Source: Octopus vulgaris | Taxonomy: Eukaryota | Direction of reading: 5' to 3' | Length of the DNA stretch: 64,000 nucleotides | Assembly (NCBI GenBank): GCA_951406725.2 | Contig: OX597829.1 | Span: 19,716,001 to 19,780,000, forward strand | In this document: piece by piece, positions 38,763-51,715 of the stretch | Position numbering within the stretch: position 1 is the first letter of the stretch | Layout: the number at the start of each line of letters is the position of its first letter | Notes under the pieces: model-generated | The model's input: only the letters and a program-made list of their open reading frames with translations | The model's database searches: none | Told to the model about the DNA's origin: nothing | Translations under genes and position numbers: made by a program

Positions 38763-38767
<5 letters not shown>
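38624..38767. repeat. 144-bp palindrome (Penelope-like terminus) centred on a hammerhead 3' half
   Basis: Centre acatatgtttc-gaag-GAAAcatatgTT; arms near-identical; lies within an insert between (TA)n tracts. Confidence 0.85.
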
Positions 38768-38825
<58 letters not shown>

Positions 38826-39217
38826 ATTGCCCCCTTTTGACATCAAGTGATATGTAAATGAGTGTCCTTTCTTTCCAATCTTTCATGGAAACCTGTCTGG
38901 TCAAAAGGAAAATATTGCCTTATTTGGAAACAAGTGAGGGATGGTGATGGGCAGGGTATCCACCTATAGAAAATATACCTCAACAAATTCCCATCACCCC
39001 TTGTGAACATGGAAAAGTAAAACATTAAACAGTAACGATGACTTATTATTCTTTAGATTATTTAACCATTGCAAACACTTTTGAAATGTTTGTCCATTCA
39101 TTTCTGGTGATTTTGCTGTTCAAACATTTATTATTTATTTTTTTAGTCTGATAAACTTATCTCACAGTACCTCATGATATTACATTTGTTAAATACCTGC
39201 TGATCATTGCTTTTTAA

Positions 39218-39516
39218 TGTTTGTTCCTTCTCGAGCCATGTCTGGCTCATAGGGTCGGTTTCCCGGTTTCCTTGGCATATAGGTTCCCCACCTGGACGGG
39301 ACGCTAGTCCATCGCAGGTGAGCTGCAAGCTGCAGGAGGAAAGAGAGAGAAAGTTGTGACAAAAGAATCAGCAGAAGTTTGCCATTACCTTCTGCCAGAG
39401 CCGCGTGGAGCTTAGATGTTTCACTCATAATCACACATATCGCCTGGTCTGAGATTCGAACCCACAATCCCTCGACTGCAAGTCCACTGCTCTAACCACT
39501 AGGCCATGTGCCTCCA
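39218..39516 (-). mobile_element. tRNA-derived SINE family D
   Basis: Minus strand: tggcctagtggttagagc A box, ggttcgaatctc B box; sister copy at 45580-45867. Confidence 0.8.
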
Positions 39517-39836
39517 TGATCATTGCTGTTATTTGGTTCTAATTCATTCTTCATCATGCAGACATGATCAGAGGCAATCTCATCATGACCATTCCATTCT
39601 ATTTTATCTTTTAAATGTGTCTTTCCATTACCTATGGTAAGGTGTGGTTTGACGAAATTTGATTGCTGCATCTAGTTGGTTCAACAACCATATAAAGGCT
39701 TTCTTAGTTGTGGCATCATACAAAATTTCATCAGATAAAACAAGGCACAAGATGTGTTGAACACAGGATTAACTGATTATATAAACAGTCATTGCTATTT
39801 TGCTTCATTAGCTGAAACAAGTAAAAGAGTAAAAGA

Positions 39837-39867
<31 letters not shown>

Positions 39868-39868
<1 letters not shown>

Positions 39869-40250
39869 TCTTTTACTTGTTTCAGTCATTTGACTGTGGC
39901 CATGCTGGAGCACCACCTTTAGTCGAGCAAATCGACCCCAGGAGTTATTCTTTGTAAGCCTAGTACTTATTCTATTGGTCTCTTTTGCCGAACCGCTAAG
40001 TTACAGGGACGTAAACACACCACCATTGGTTGTCAAATGATGTTGGGGGTCAAACACAGACACACAAACATATATATATATTCATATATATACGACGGGC
40101 TTCTTTCAGTTTCCATCTACCAAATCCACTCACAAGGCTTTGGTCGACCCGAGGCTATAGTAGAAGACACTTGCCCAAGGTGCCGCACAGTGGGAATGAA
40201 CCCAGAACCATGTGGTTGGCAAGTAAGCTACTTACCACACAGCCACTCCT
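39868..40250 (-). mobile_element. SINE family A, full length, well preserved
   Basis: Close to the family consensus. Confidence 0.9.
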
Positions 40251-40650
40251 ACATCTAATATATATATATATCGAAAAACATTGAATGAAGCAAAATAGTA
40301 ATGACTGTTTATATAATCTCTGGTCAAGAAGAAGTAGGATCAAGTGTTCCAAACAACCATTCTTTTTTTTCATGGATAGAGCATATAGGCTTGCATTGTC
40401 CAGTGAGCCCTTTCATTGTTAAGACTCTGCTGTAATTCAATGTAGATTTATGGACAACTTTTGGCAGGTTAACATGCTTGCTGATGCATCTTTTACATAA
40501 TTGTGTATAGAAGTTTTGTGATTGAACATATGTCCCCTCACACATGAATGAAATGAAATATTAGCTGAAAAGATAAGCTAATAACAATTGAAAAAGGTGC
40601 CTTTATATATGATATTCAATTTAATGTCTTTTTTCATTTTGGTTAATGTA

Positions 40651-41942
40651 CGAGGGGCGTTCAATAAGTAATGCCTCTGACCCACTTGCCGTTGATTGAT
40701 CTAGCTGAGATTTTGCATGTGTAATTATTTATATCTCTATAGATTAAGTGGCAAATTACAGCTCTGAACTAATAGTGGTTTCTGATTTACATGTGTTTGA
40801 AATGAGTCGAGTGGGAAATGGAGCCTGTTGAGTGTCAAGAAGTGATCCGGTTTTTGTATTTGAAATGATGCACACCACAGGAGACTTTTGATGAAATGAA
40901 AATAACTTATGGTCATGATGCCCCATCATATGACCTTGTAAAACGCTGGCATCGTGAATTCAAACATGGTCGGAACTCTGTGGAAACAGCTCCCAGATCT
41001 GATCGCACCCCTTCTGCCATTGATGAGGCATCTGTCCGTCAAGTTGAGGCTGCCATTTTGGAAGATGGACGCATAACTATTTGCCAAATAGCCCATGAGG
41101 TCAAGATTAGTACCGGGTCTGTGGAAACTATCATTCATGACCATTTGCATATGCAAAAGGTGTCTGCCAGAGGGATTCCCCGGTTGCTCACACTTTTCCT
41201 GAAGCAAGAACGCGTCGAGTGCTCGAGGATGAATTTAGGGATGTGCCAAGAAGATGAGTCAAAATTTTTCAAAAGACTGATTACACAGGATGAGACCTGG
41301 GTCCTTCACCATGATCCAGAGACCAAAGCCCAGTCAATGCAGTGGAAGCACCATGACTTACCTCCTCCAAAGAAGGCAAGGGTGCAGCCCTCCGCTGGCA
41401 AGGTCATGCTCACAGTCTTCTGGGACCAGGATGGAGTAGTGATGACAGATTTCCTGGCAAAGGATACCACAATTACAGGAGCCTATCATGCTTCACTTTT
41501 GAGGAAATTAAGAGAAGCTATCAAAACCAAGAGGCGGGGCAAGATCAGCAAAGGCATCCTCCTCCTGCAGGACAATGCTCCGGTCCACAACTCGCGTGTC
41601 GCCAGATCAGAAGCACAGGCGTGCGGCTATGAACACTTCCCCCATCCCCCTACTCTCCTGACCTTGCACCCTCTGATTTTCACCTCTTCCCAGCCATGAA
41701 GTTGTCTTTGAAAGGAAAGCGTTTCCCAGATGATGCAGCCTTGATTTCTGAAGTCACGTCGTGGTTGGAGGACCAAGCTGGGGTCTTCTATGAAAACGGT
41801 CTCCAGAGCTGTATCAAGCGATGGGAGAAATGCGTAACTCTGGGTTGTTCCTATGCTGAAAAAGACTAATACCTGTGCCAAGTTTCGTTGCTCTACTGCA
41901 ATGGGAAGTGGGTCAGGGGCATTACTTATTGAACGCCCCTTG
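40651..41942 (+). mobile_element. Mariner (Tc1/mariner, DD34D) transposon, 1292 bp
   Basis: TIRs cgaggggcgttcaataagtaatgcctctgacccact / agtgggtcaggggcattacttattgaacgccccttg; TA target duplication at 40649-50 and 41943-44. Confidence 0.95.
40818..41869 (+). pseudogene. Mariner transposase, disrupted
   Basis: MEPVECQEVIRFLYLK* (early stop), IPRLL, ITQDETW, LQDNAPVH, and a frameshift in HPPYSPDLAPSDF near 41650. Confidence 0.9.
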
Positions 41943-42158
41943 TACAACTTATTGAGTATTGCTGTCTGGAAGATTTTCTTTTGGTAGTGAAATAGTTAGT
42001 TTTAACTGCTATTTCTAAATTTTGGTATGTGGTGAAGCAAATTTTTGCTGAACCCTAATTATAATTATACTCATAATTGTAGAATTTTTGTATAAGTTTA
42101 CCGATAATGGTTCTTTTAACATATGGCAAGTAAACTTGTTAGTTTTCTCTGTCTGGAC

Positions 42159-44396
42159 CCGTGATTCCCAACGTAGGGTGCATGCCCCACCAGTGGGGCA
42201 TGGTAATGCTTTGGTGAGGCATGCATAGGGTTATGCTGAATTTTTATACCTTTTGCACACAATGTTTATTAAACCAATAGAGAAAGGGGGCAATTCGAGA
42301 ATGAGTTATTTAAAAAAAAATTTTTTTTAATTCCTTCTGTGGACAATTTTATCAAATTTTGGGCACTTTAGAGACAGCACGTCATTTTCATCTTATTCAT
42401 AAGATTTGATGTCACTAAAGAGGGAATAGATTATTTCCTTCAATTTAGTGGTATGTGTAAACATGTAGGTAATTACAAGCACGTATGTGTGTGTGGTCTG
42501 TGTGTGTGTGTGTGTGTACGTGCATATATGTAGTATAGAACTGGTTAGTACTGAAAGCAATGTCATCTTAATTCCCTATGGAGAAATAAACTGGAGACAG
42601 ACTAATGTATGCAGGTGTGTCTAAGAGTATTTGACTCTTTTATCTCTGGCAACAGTGAGGGATGAAGAATTGAATGGTGTGAAATGGGTTGAAATGGAGT
42701 GGAAGTAAGTAAGGGGGTAGCATCAGGGAAGGAAGAGAAAGAGGCAGAAAGAGAGAGGAAAGAGGGGGAAATAGATAGATAGAGAGATTTATGGTACTGG
42801 TAACGCACACATACTCACACATATATGAATATATATATATATATGAATAGAGATGAAAATTGACAGGTCATTTTATTCTTACCAGTCAGTTTGTGAATTC
42901 AGCAAAAAAGTAAGAAAGATCTCTCATCATTGATACAAAGGCTTTTGCAGCTGAGAAGATTCATGGAATGTTTTTTGTATTTTGTCTTGAGCATATTTTC
43001 CAAAAGTTTATACTGGAATCTTTTTGAAGAAATTGTTGAAAAAATTTACTTGAACTGAAATCTCTTCGTGTTTGATTCAAAGGCATAACTACAGATTTCT
43101 GCCTCCTCTCCACCGACTTTGGATGATCATAACTTTCAGAAAAGTGGATATTTTTTAATGAACTTGTCCACAAATATGTTATATCACGAACATTCTGAAT
43201 ATACAAAATTTTGGGGGGAAAGTGTTTTAGGAGGGTTTGGGGTGGAAAATATATTATTTTATGAAATTCTCTACAAATATACCTCAGACTATGTAGATTC
43301 CGAGGACATAGGAATTTTAGAAGTAAACAATTGGGAGCTATGTTTGAGAACTGTTCCCCACTTGTGGGTGTTTCTAAACAAGTCGTACATATTTGTTTCA
43401 TTTTCTCCATTTTGTGTGTAGATTTCTACTGAAGCAACAAACAGGCAATGAAGGCAAATAAAGCCCTCTCCAGAAAACATATGCTAAAAATAACAGCTAA
43501 CGGTCTGGTACATAGAAATATGTTATTAAGACGGTAAACAGTTCTCAAAAACAATTCCCAGGTAAATAGTTCTCAAAAATAGCTCCTAATTGTTTTCCCC
43601 CAAAATTCCTATGTCCTTGGAATCTACATAGTCCAAGGTATCTTTGTAGAGAATTTCATTGAAAAATATCCATTTTCTTGAAAGTTAAGACAAATTGAAG
43701 TGGACTCTGGTGAAATTTCCAAAATTCCCCACCCCAACACTTTCCACCCAACATTTTGTATATTCGGAATCAACATAATATAACACATATTCGTGAACAA
43801 GTTCATTAAAAAATATCCATTTTTCTTAAAATTATGACCATCCAAAGTCGGGGGCACAGAAATCTGTAGTTATTCTGATTCAAAAATACATAAAATGAGT
43901 AGTGCAAGTAAAAAGAAAGTTCGTCAATATTCAGAGGAATATTTAAAATTTAGATTTATACCCGCTATCCATGATAAACTGTCACCAAGTTATGGGCGAC
44001 AAACTCGGATCTTGTGAATTTTCTGAAGTCCTCTCCCAACACCTCGGAAAAGATTTTCCCACAAATTTCTTTATAATCGTAATCTATGCTGGTTGAAAGG
44101 TATTTGTATGAAATTTTATTTAAAAAAAAAATTTTTTTTTTTAAAGTTATGAGGGAAAAACTCGGATCTTGTGAATTTTCCAAAGTCCCCCACCCTGTTG
44201 CTTTCTGCGCAATTTTTCATATTCGTTTCCTACACATTTTTTTTTTACATCTGTTGCACTGTTTTTGTTTTTTTTCTGGGTAATATTGTAAACATCAACC
44301 AAATTTTGAATAACAAAAATTAAATATCACAAGGGAGCATCAGGATTTTAGAAATGATTCAGTGGGGCATGACCAAAAATCAGTTGGGAACCACTG
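42159..44396 (+). mobile_element. hAT (Charlie/Buster-type) deletion derivative with nested insertions
   Basis: TIRs ccgtgattcccaac / gttgggaaccactg; 8-bp TSD gtctggac / gcctggat (6 of 8 match); transposase N-terminus MSSASKKKVRQYSEEYLKF at 43895. Confidence 0.7.
43087..43872. repeat. Long imperfect inverted repeat (arms about 270-300 bp) nested in the hAT relic
   Basis: aactacagatttctg..gactttggatgatcataa..gaggacataggaattt.. mirrored by ..aaattcctatgtcct..ttatgaccatccaaagtc..cagaaatctgtagtt. Confidence 0.8.
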
Positions 44397-46054
44397 GCCT
44401 GGATTCTTATTCTTTTACTTGTTTCAGTCATTTGACTGCAGCCATGATGGAGCACTACCTTGAAAACCTCAGGAACATTTCTCATTTCTTTTCAAATTTG
44501 TTCCCTATTTCTTATAGCCATCCCTATTCACTACATCATAAAATGTTGTGTAGTCAAATACAATACAATAAGTGTCATCTCTGTTACGTAACCCCCTGTT
44601 ATGTAACTGGCCATATCCAGCCAACATAATCTACCTGTATTATCTTCAAACTGGCCAGATCTGGCTTCCCACACCTTCAATATTATTCTAAAAATAAACT
44701 ATGTCATTAAAATCTTAAAGCAATAAGATAATGCATGATTAATCATATAATAATTCTCCTTGTCATTGCGTTATTTAGCCTGTCGTTAATGCTTTCACGT
44801 GATTAGAGAAAGAAAAGAGGGGGAGAGAAGTGTCCATGACATGAGGTAAAGGGAATGTAATTGTAACTCTTTTATGTGATTAGTTGAAAGGAAAGGGAGG
44901 AGAGAGAAAAAGAGGATAAGGCAAATAGTGAGACAAAAAGAGGGAGAAGTTTCCCTGACATGAAGTAGGAGGAATGTAATATTTATTACATCATTTAAAA
45001 AGTTAGTTGAAGGTAGAGGAGGAAAGTTAAAAATATAATTTTAGCAGAGCAGTGATGTTCTGATGGTGAGGTTAAAGAAAGCAAAGAGAGAGGCAGAAGA
45101 GATATGATGATGATGTTGGTGGTGGTGGTGGTGGTAATTGGTTAGTGAAAAGTGTTTCTTTTATTTTAGTTGAACTAAGTTTTTATTTCACCTATCACTA
45201 ATGCAGGTGCATAAGTGAAATTCCGCGAAATATTCATGCTTATTTACACGGCAAATATATGCAATTTAACTAAAGGTTGTATTATATGTATGGGATATTT
45301 TTTTATGGGGAAAATGGAAAAATAAGAGTGAATGTTTATGAGTTCTGTGTATTAAGTCTATAAATTGTGCATAAAGTATATATAGTGCGTTAAATAATCA
45401 TCATATTCCAATTTCCTTCACTTTTCAATGATTAGCAGATGAGCGACTATCTTTTGTTACAGACACAATACAGGCTACACTTTCAGGTTTTTGAGAAAAT
45501 TTCCAGAAATAATCCAACAGGTTTACCATTAATTCTATGAAATATTCACAGGTCCCTCTAGTTCATATTATTGTGAATGTTTGTTCCTTCCTGAGCCATG
45601 CCCGGCTCATAAGGGCTGGTTTCCTTGGTGTATAGGTTCCCCACCTAGACACCGGTCCGTCGCAGGTGAGCTGCAAGATGCAGAAGGAAAGAGTGAGAGA
45701 AAGTTGTAGTGAAAGAGTCAGCAGAAGTTCGCCATTACCTTCTGCCGGAGCCGCATGGAGCTTAGCTGTATCGCTCATAAGCACACACATCGCCTGGTCT
45801 GAGATTCGAACCTGCGATCCCTTGACTGCGAGTCTGCTGCTCTAACCACTAGGCCATGTGCATCCACATTATTGTAAATAAATGTTACATTTGTTAGAGA
45901 AATCTGAATGCTAAAGAGGTACATGTAACTTTTGCCTTACTCACCCAATTGCTGTTTATACACATTAGTTTAATGAAATAAATATGAACTTACATGATTC
46001 ATATTCAATCATTCATAACTACCTTTGTGAATATTTTCTGTATTCTGTGAAAAT

Positions 46055-46430
46055 AGGTGTGGCTGTGTGTTAAGATTTCTGCTTCCTAACCATATGGTTC
46101 CAGGTTCAGATTCAGTCCTACTGCATGAACGCCTTGGGCAAGTGTCCTCTACTATTGTCTCAACCCAACCAAAGCCATGTGAGTGGGTGAGTGGATTTAG
46201 CTGACAGAAACTGACAAAAAAACCCAATTGTGTGTGTGTCTTTCTCCACTAGCTTGATAACTGGTGTTGGTGTGTTTATGTCTCTGTAACTTAGCAGTTT
46301 GGCAAAAAATACTGATAGAATAAGTGCCAGGCTTAAAATAAAAGAAATAAGCACTTGGGCTGATACACTTCATTAGAATGCTTCAAGGCAGTGCTCCAGC
46401 ATGGCTGCAGTCAGATGACTGAAACAAGTG
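46055..46430 (+). mobile_element. SINE family A
   Basis: Family match. Confidence 0.8.
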
Positions 46431-46593
46431 GGAGATTAAAAATATGTTTTTTATTATGAACACTGACTATTCTTTTAGAATCATTAATAAACAATTTTCT
46501 GCTCACAGCTCTTTTCAATTAATTATTTTAAAATTCTTTTTCAGACTTTATGATTAAAATTAGACACGCTAGCTTTAGTTTGTCGAGGTGACA

Positions 46594-46739
46594 ATGCCGT
46601 TGTTTTACTCAGTTATTGCCAGGGGCTGTACAGTCCTTGCACGATATGCTATGTGCACGGGTAACTTTGCTGAAGTTACAGAACAGATACTTAGTCGCAT
46701 ACCTCCAGAAGATGGAAAACTAACATATTCTCATGTTAA
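46594..46739 (+). CDS. VAMP7: VAMP7 (TI-VAMP) coding exon 1, longin domain start
   Basis: MPLFYSVIARGCTVLARYAMCTGNFAEVTEQILSRIPPEDGKLTYSHV; donor GTAAGT; 146 nt, phase 2. Confidence 0.95.
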
Positions 46740-47123
46740 GTAAGTAACAATAATTCTTCTCTTTTTCAATTTTAATCCCAGTTGGTTTAACTCAATGTTT
46801 CTTAACCTTTTCATTACTGTATTTATTTTGAGATGCTCTGTGTTTCTTTCGATTACTTTAAATATAACAAAAGAATTTAGTAAAATAACTTAGTTATCAT
46901 TCAGCTAGTGTTAGGAACATAAATTGTGACTAAGGTTTGGTGGAAGATTTTAATTCAAAATTTATGAAAACAAGGTTGCCTTCTCTCACTGAGCAAGAAT
47001 TTAACTTAAATTCAGTTTAATCTATTCATCTTTGTTATCTAAGTTCATGTAACTAGACACAATGAGTTATTTTTCTCTGCATATTTTTATTTGTGTGTGT
47101 GTGTATATGTGTGTATGTATGTA

Positions 47124-47171
<48 letters not shown>

Positions 47172-47339
47172 TACATAGACATATATATGTATGTATGTGT
47201 GTACATATATATATATGTATGTATGTGTGTACATATATATATATGTATGTATGTGTGTACATATATATATATGTATGTATGTGTGTACATATATATATAT
47301 ATGTATATGTGTATACATACATATATATATATATAAAAC

Positions 47340-47983
47340 AAATGCAGTGTCACACCCTAACAGTGGAGGGAACCTATGGAAGAGATAGACCCAGGAAGAC
47401 CTGGGATGAGGTGGTGAAGCATGACCTATGAACATTGGGTCTCATGGAAGTGATGACAAGTGACCAAGACCTTTGGAGATATGCTGTGCTTGAGAAGACC
47501 TGGCAAGCCAAGTGAGACCATAAATGTGGCCTATGTCAGCGTAGCATAACTAGCCCATTTAAAAGTACCCTTCAGTCATTGGGCAATAAACTGTGATTAT
47601 GAAGATCTGTTGAGTCAAGTGAAGTCATTGTTGGAGCTGATTCCAGTACTGCCTGATTGTCACCTGTGCCAGTGGTATGTAAAAAGGTCCATTTGAGTGT
47701 GGTTGTTGCCAGTGCTGCTAGATTGGCTCTTGTGCCAGTGGCATGTAAAAAGCACCATTTGCACGTGGTCATTGCCAGTGACACCTGGCTGACTCCTGTG
47801 CTGGTGGCATGTAAAAAGCAACCACTACACTGTCGTGGTTGGCGTTAGGAAGGGTATCCAGCTGTAGGAACTTTGCCAGATCAGATTGGATCCTAGTGCA
47901 GCCTTCTGGCTTGCCTGCCCTCAGTCAAACTGTTCAACCCATGCCAGCATGGAAAGCGGACATTAAACGATGATGATGATGAT
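47340..47983 (+). mobile_element. RTE-like LINE 3' end
   Basis: [27 protein letters not shown] followed by the family 3' UTR and (gat)n. Confidence 0.8.
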
Positions 47984-48910
47984 AAGAGGTTAGATAGGAT
48001 GATGTCTGTATTACAATATTACAATAACCAATAATATGTTGTGCATGTATAATAATATTAGCATTAGCTTACCTTACTCTTTCTTGCAGAACCCTATGGT
48101 TCCGGGGAACTTCAGTTTAGAAACACTGTTCTAGGTAGTTTAATCAACATCCTCATCATTTTAGTATCCACTTTCCTGTGTCTGCATGGTTTGGACAGTG
48201 TTCTTTTGAGGCAGATATTTTTTTAATGAATGATACCCTTCCTGCTGCCAAACCTCATCTGTTTCCAGACATGTTTTTCCAGAATATTGGAAATGAGTGA
48301 CACTGCCTCTGTCATTTACAACAGTCGCACAATGTCAAGACAAGGAGACACAAACATACACTCACACGCATGTCTATTCCATTTTATATGTAATTTCTGT
48401 TTAGTTTCACAAGAACTTTGTCTCAAAGCTCTAAGCTTTTGAATCATTTTTTCTGGCTAACTAAACAAAAATATATCCCCTGTTTACAGGTGTATTTTGT
48501 TTTTATAAATAAAGCCAGTTAGTTTGATTAAGCACAAAATTCAGTGATGATACAACTGGCATGTAATACTTAATTTGTTGGCATACTTATTTAATTAACT
48601 CTGAAATATGCAGCATAAAGACAAGAGATAAGCATTTGTATTTCACTCTGGTAATGAAAATATTTATTTCTCAGGAGGGGCTTAATTTGAAATTATTTCA
48701 AAAGTCCATACGATAAATTGATGATCTTTCTAAATACCTGATATGGCTTGTTCTTTTCTGTTTTGATCATTTGTGAGAGAATAGTTTTATTTTTAGACAT
48801 CCCCTGACCATTCTTTAATTGTGCATTCTTAGGAACAGTTTGAATTTCATTTTGTTTTAACTACTTTCATTGATGTTAAAGCTTGTTCTTCGTTTTCTTT
48901 CCTTTTTCAG

Positions 48911-48968
48911 CTATCTCTTCCACTACATATCAGAAGACCACATTATATATCTTTGTATTACAGATGAT
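48911..48968 (+). CDS. VAMP7: VAMP7 coding exon 2
   Basis: tttcag|(N)YLFHYISEDHIIYLCITDD|gtaagt; 58 nt. Confidence 0.95.
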
Positions 48969-51415
48969 GTAAGTAAAATTTGTAGAAAATATTTCATTAT
49001 GTAATTATATTTGGTTTTTTTTAATGTTATTTTAAAATAAATTTTGCATGAACTTCTTCAGCACATTTAAAAATGTTATCTGATACTACTGCAAGCTTGC
49101 ATGCAGTTTTACTGCATACCAACAGAGAGATATCTCTATATTGCTATGTATTTACACATAGTTATCAACAGTCTGTCTTTGTTATCATCAGGCATAGTGA
49201 CATGTTAGAAATCATATTTACCTAGAAATCATTGATATCTGATCTGATTTATCTCACAAACCTGACCTAAATCCAAGATTCCAGATATTTATACTTGATC
49301 ATAGCCACGGAAAATTGGTAATTCCATATTCGTACAATTACCACTTTATTTCATCATCATTTAGTTTCTGCTTTCCATACTGGCATGGGTTAGATGGTTT
49401 GACTGCAGTTAGTAAGCTGGAGAGCTGCACCAAGTTCCAGTCTTATTTGGTATGGTTTCTATGACTGGATACTTTTCCTAACACTAACCACTCCAAGAAT
49501 GTCATGAGTGCTTTTTATGTGCCAGTGGCATTGGTACCAGTTACATAATACTGGCATCGGCCAGCTATTTCATTTCATATTTTTTAACTTGGTAAAAAGC
49601 ACCCAGTACACTCAGTAAAGTGGTTGGTGTTAGGAAAGGTATCCAGCCCTAGAAACCGTACCTGAACCGACAATGGAGCCTGGTGTGGTCCTCAACTTTA
49701 TCAGCTCCTGTCAATGCATGCCAGCATGGAAAATAGACATTAAATGATGCTGCTGATTATTATTTTTTTTTTCTTCTTGATTTCATTGTTTAAACTATCA
49801 TTTAACATCGGCTACAATTCTATCCAGCGTTTACTATCCCTTCTCATCACAGTCCCACTATCAGAATTGTCTTATTTACTGTTATCAAAAGCTTCCAATG
49901 TCTTATATTTTACTGACTTCTTCTTCACATAAACAGGCTGTAAATTCATTATTAACCGTGTTTCAGAAAGTAATGAATACATTTCCTGAATGAATGTTTT
50001 ATAGTAAACTGTGTTGGATATTTGTTCCAGGCCTGATTATTGTTTATATCATTCACTTGTTACATATATTAGTGTGCAGTTATAAAGACATGCAAATCTC
50101 TGCCTCCTTCTTCAGTCTACTCAGCGCTGGATTAACCATTAAGCAAAATAAGCACGTGCTTAGGGCATCAAAGTAAAGGTGGGCACCACAAAAATGGTAA
50201 ATGGTTATATGATTGGAGCCTGGTGTGGTCCCCAACCTTACCAGCTCCTGTCAACCCATGCCAGTATGGAAAATGGACATTAAATATATATACACATAAG
50301 CTTAGGCTTATTTTTTGCAGAATATTGGAAATGAATGACATTTCTTGTATAACTGTGACATTCATTTTGCAACTTATTACACAATGTCAAGACAAAGAAA
50401 CACTAACACACACTCACACACACAGAGAAGCTTCTTTCAGTTTCCATCTACCAAATCCATTCACAAGGCTTTCATCACCCCACCACCATCGTCATCACCA
50501 CGACCATTTGCCATCACTCTTCATCTTCCATCACCCTCTATCCACCATCACCACTACCATCATCATCACCATCACCTATCATTTCCACCAACCATTATTG
50601 CCAAAGTATTCATGATGTCAGAGTTCAAGATCTCATCAAGTACTTCTCAAATATAAATACAGTGGAAGTATACAAGAATAAACATTATTTTCCATCTTAC
50701 TGTTAATTTATTTTATGACTCATTATTATGTATATTTTGAATTACATATACATAGGGACACCAAAAACTTTCCAGTATCTCGGGCCTCTATGGGTCTTGA
50801 TCCGTGCCTGAGTCTACCACTTCTCTGATATCTGGTGTTGTAGAAACTTCAACCACCTTTTTCTGCACCTCTACATCTACTACTGTACAATTAAGGGGCC
50901 TGCTACACTTCTGATATATTTTGTGTATGTGTGTGTGATGTATGATGAACATTTTCATTTTTTTTTTTCATATTTGGGTTGAAAAAATCCTAGGATTTCA
51001 AAACTGTTGTGTGTGATATAGAGCTAAAGAGATTGTCTGTCACCTGACATCAGATGATCTTCTCTGCCATGAGAATGCAGAAGCATTTAGTCATTTGAAT
51101 CGACAATATCAACTCTACTGCCACCACCACCATCATCATCATCATGATCATCTGCTATCACCCTTCATCCTCCATCACTCTCTATCCACCACTATTCACC
51201 ATCTACTTGTTACCACCACCTCCATCATAACTACCACTACTACCATCATCACCATTACCTATCATTACCACCACCCATCATCACCACCATCACCATTTAA
51301 GGGACAGCCATGTTAATAGTGTTCATCTTTTGGTCTTTTTTCATTTTATGAACAATTTCTTTTTATTGTTGACTTTGTTTCATTAAGATTTGTATCTTTT
51401 TTTATTTGTTTTCAG

Positions 51416-51465
51416 GTTTTTGAGAGAGCAAAAGCCTTTATGTTTCTCAATGATATAAAAAAGAA
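51416..51465 (+). CDS. VAMP7: VAMP7 coding exon 3
   Basis: tttcag|VFERAKAFMFLNDIKK(K)|gtaag; 50 nt. Confidence 0.93.
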
Positions 51466-51715
51466 GTAAGAATTAACCTTTTTTTTAAAAAAAAAAAAAA
51501 TTCTTTTTAAATGCAATATTCACATCTATCATATTAATCCTGAAGGATTGAAAAAAAAACTCCCAAAAATCATACTGACAGTATTTGTTTTAGAACAAAA
51601 TCATTTGTAAATAAAATTTTGATTTGTTCTCTTCTTCAGCATGCAGTTTGCCATGATATCAGTTCAAATGTTAATAATTTTACCTAATAAGTTTTCAAAT
51701 TTTATATATATATGT

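Noticed and set aside
39440-39516. tRNA gene (also 3340-3415 and 45790-45867)
   Set aside because: A and B boxes are present but continue into SINE bodies; no convincing acceptor stem
41627-41947. 106-aa minus-strand ORF
   Set aside because: Antisense shadow of the mariner transposase end and TIR
42961-43421. 149-aa and 100-aa ORFs
   Set aside because: Fall within the inverted-repeat arm of a non-autonomous element; no protein motifs
47053-47435. Multiple overlapping ORFs rich in Y/I/H/T/V/C (also 2.4-2.7, 9.9-10.3, 21.6-22.2, 27.0-27.3, 31.0-31.3 and 60.2-60.7 kb)
   Set aside because: Stop-free translations of (TA)n, (CA)n and (TG)n microsatellites
50345-51316. His/Thr-rich ORFs
   Set aside because: (CAT/CAC)n low-complexity tracts inside a VAMP7 intron; no domain or splice support
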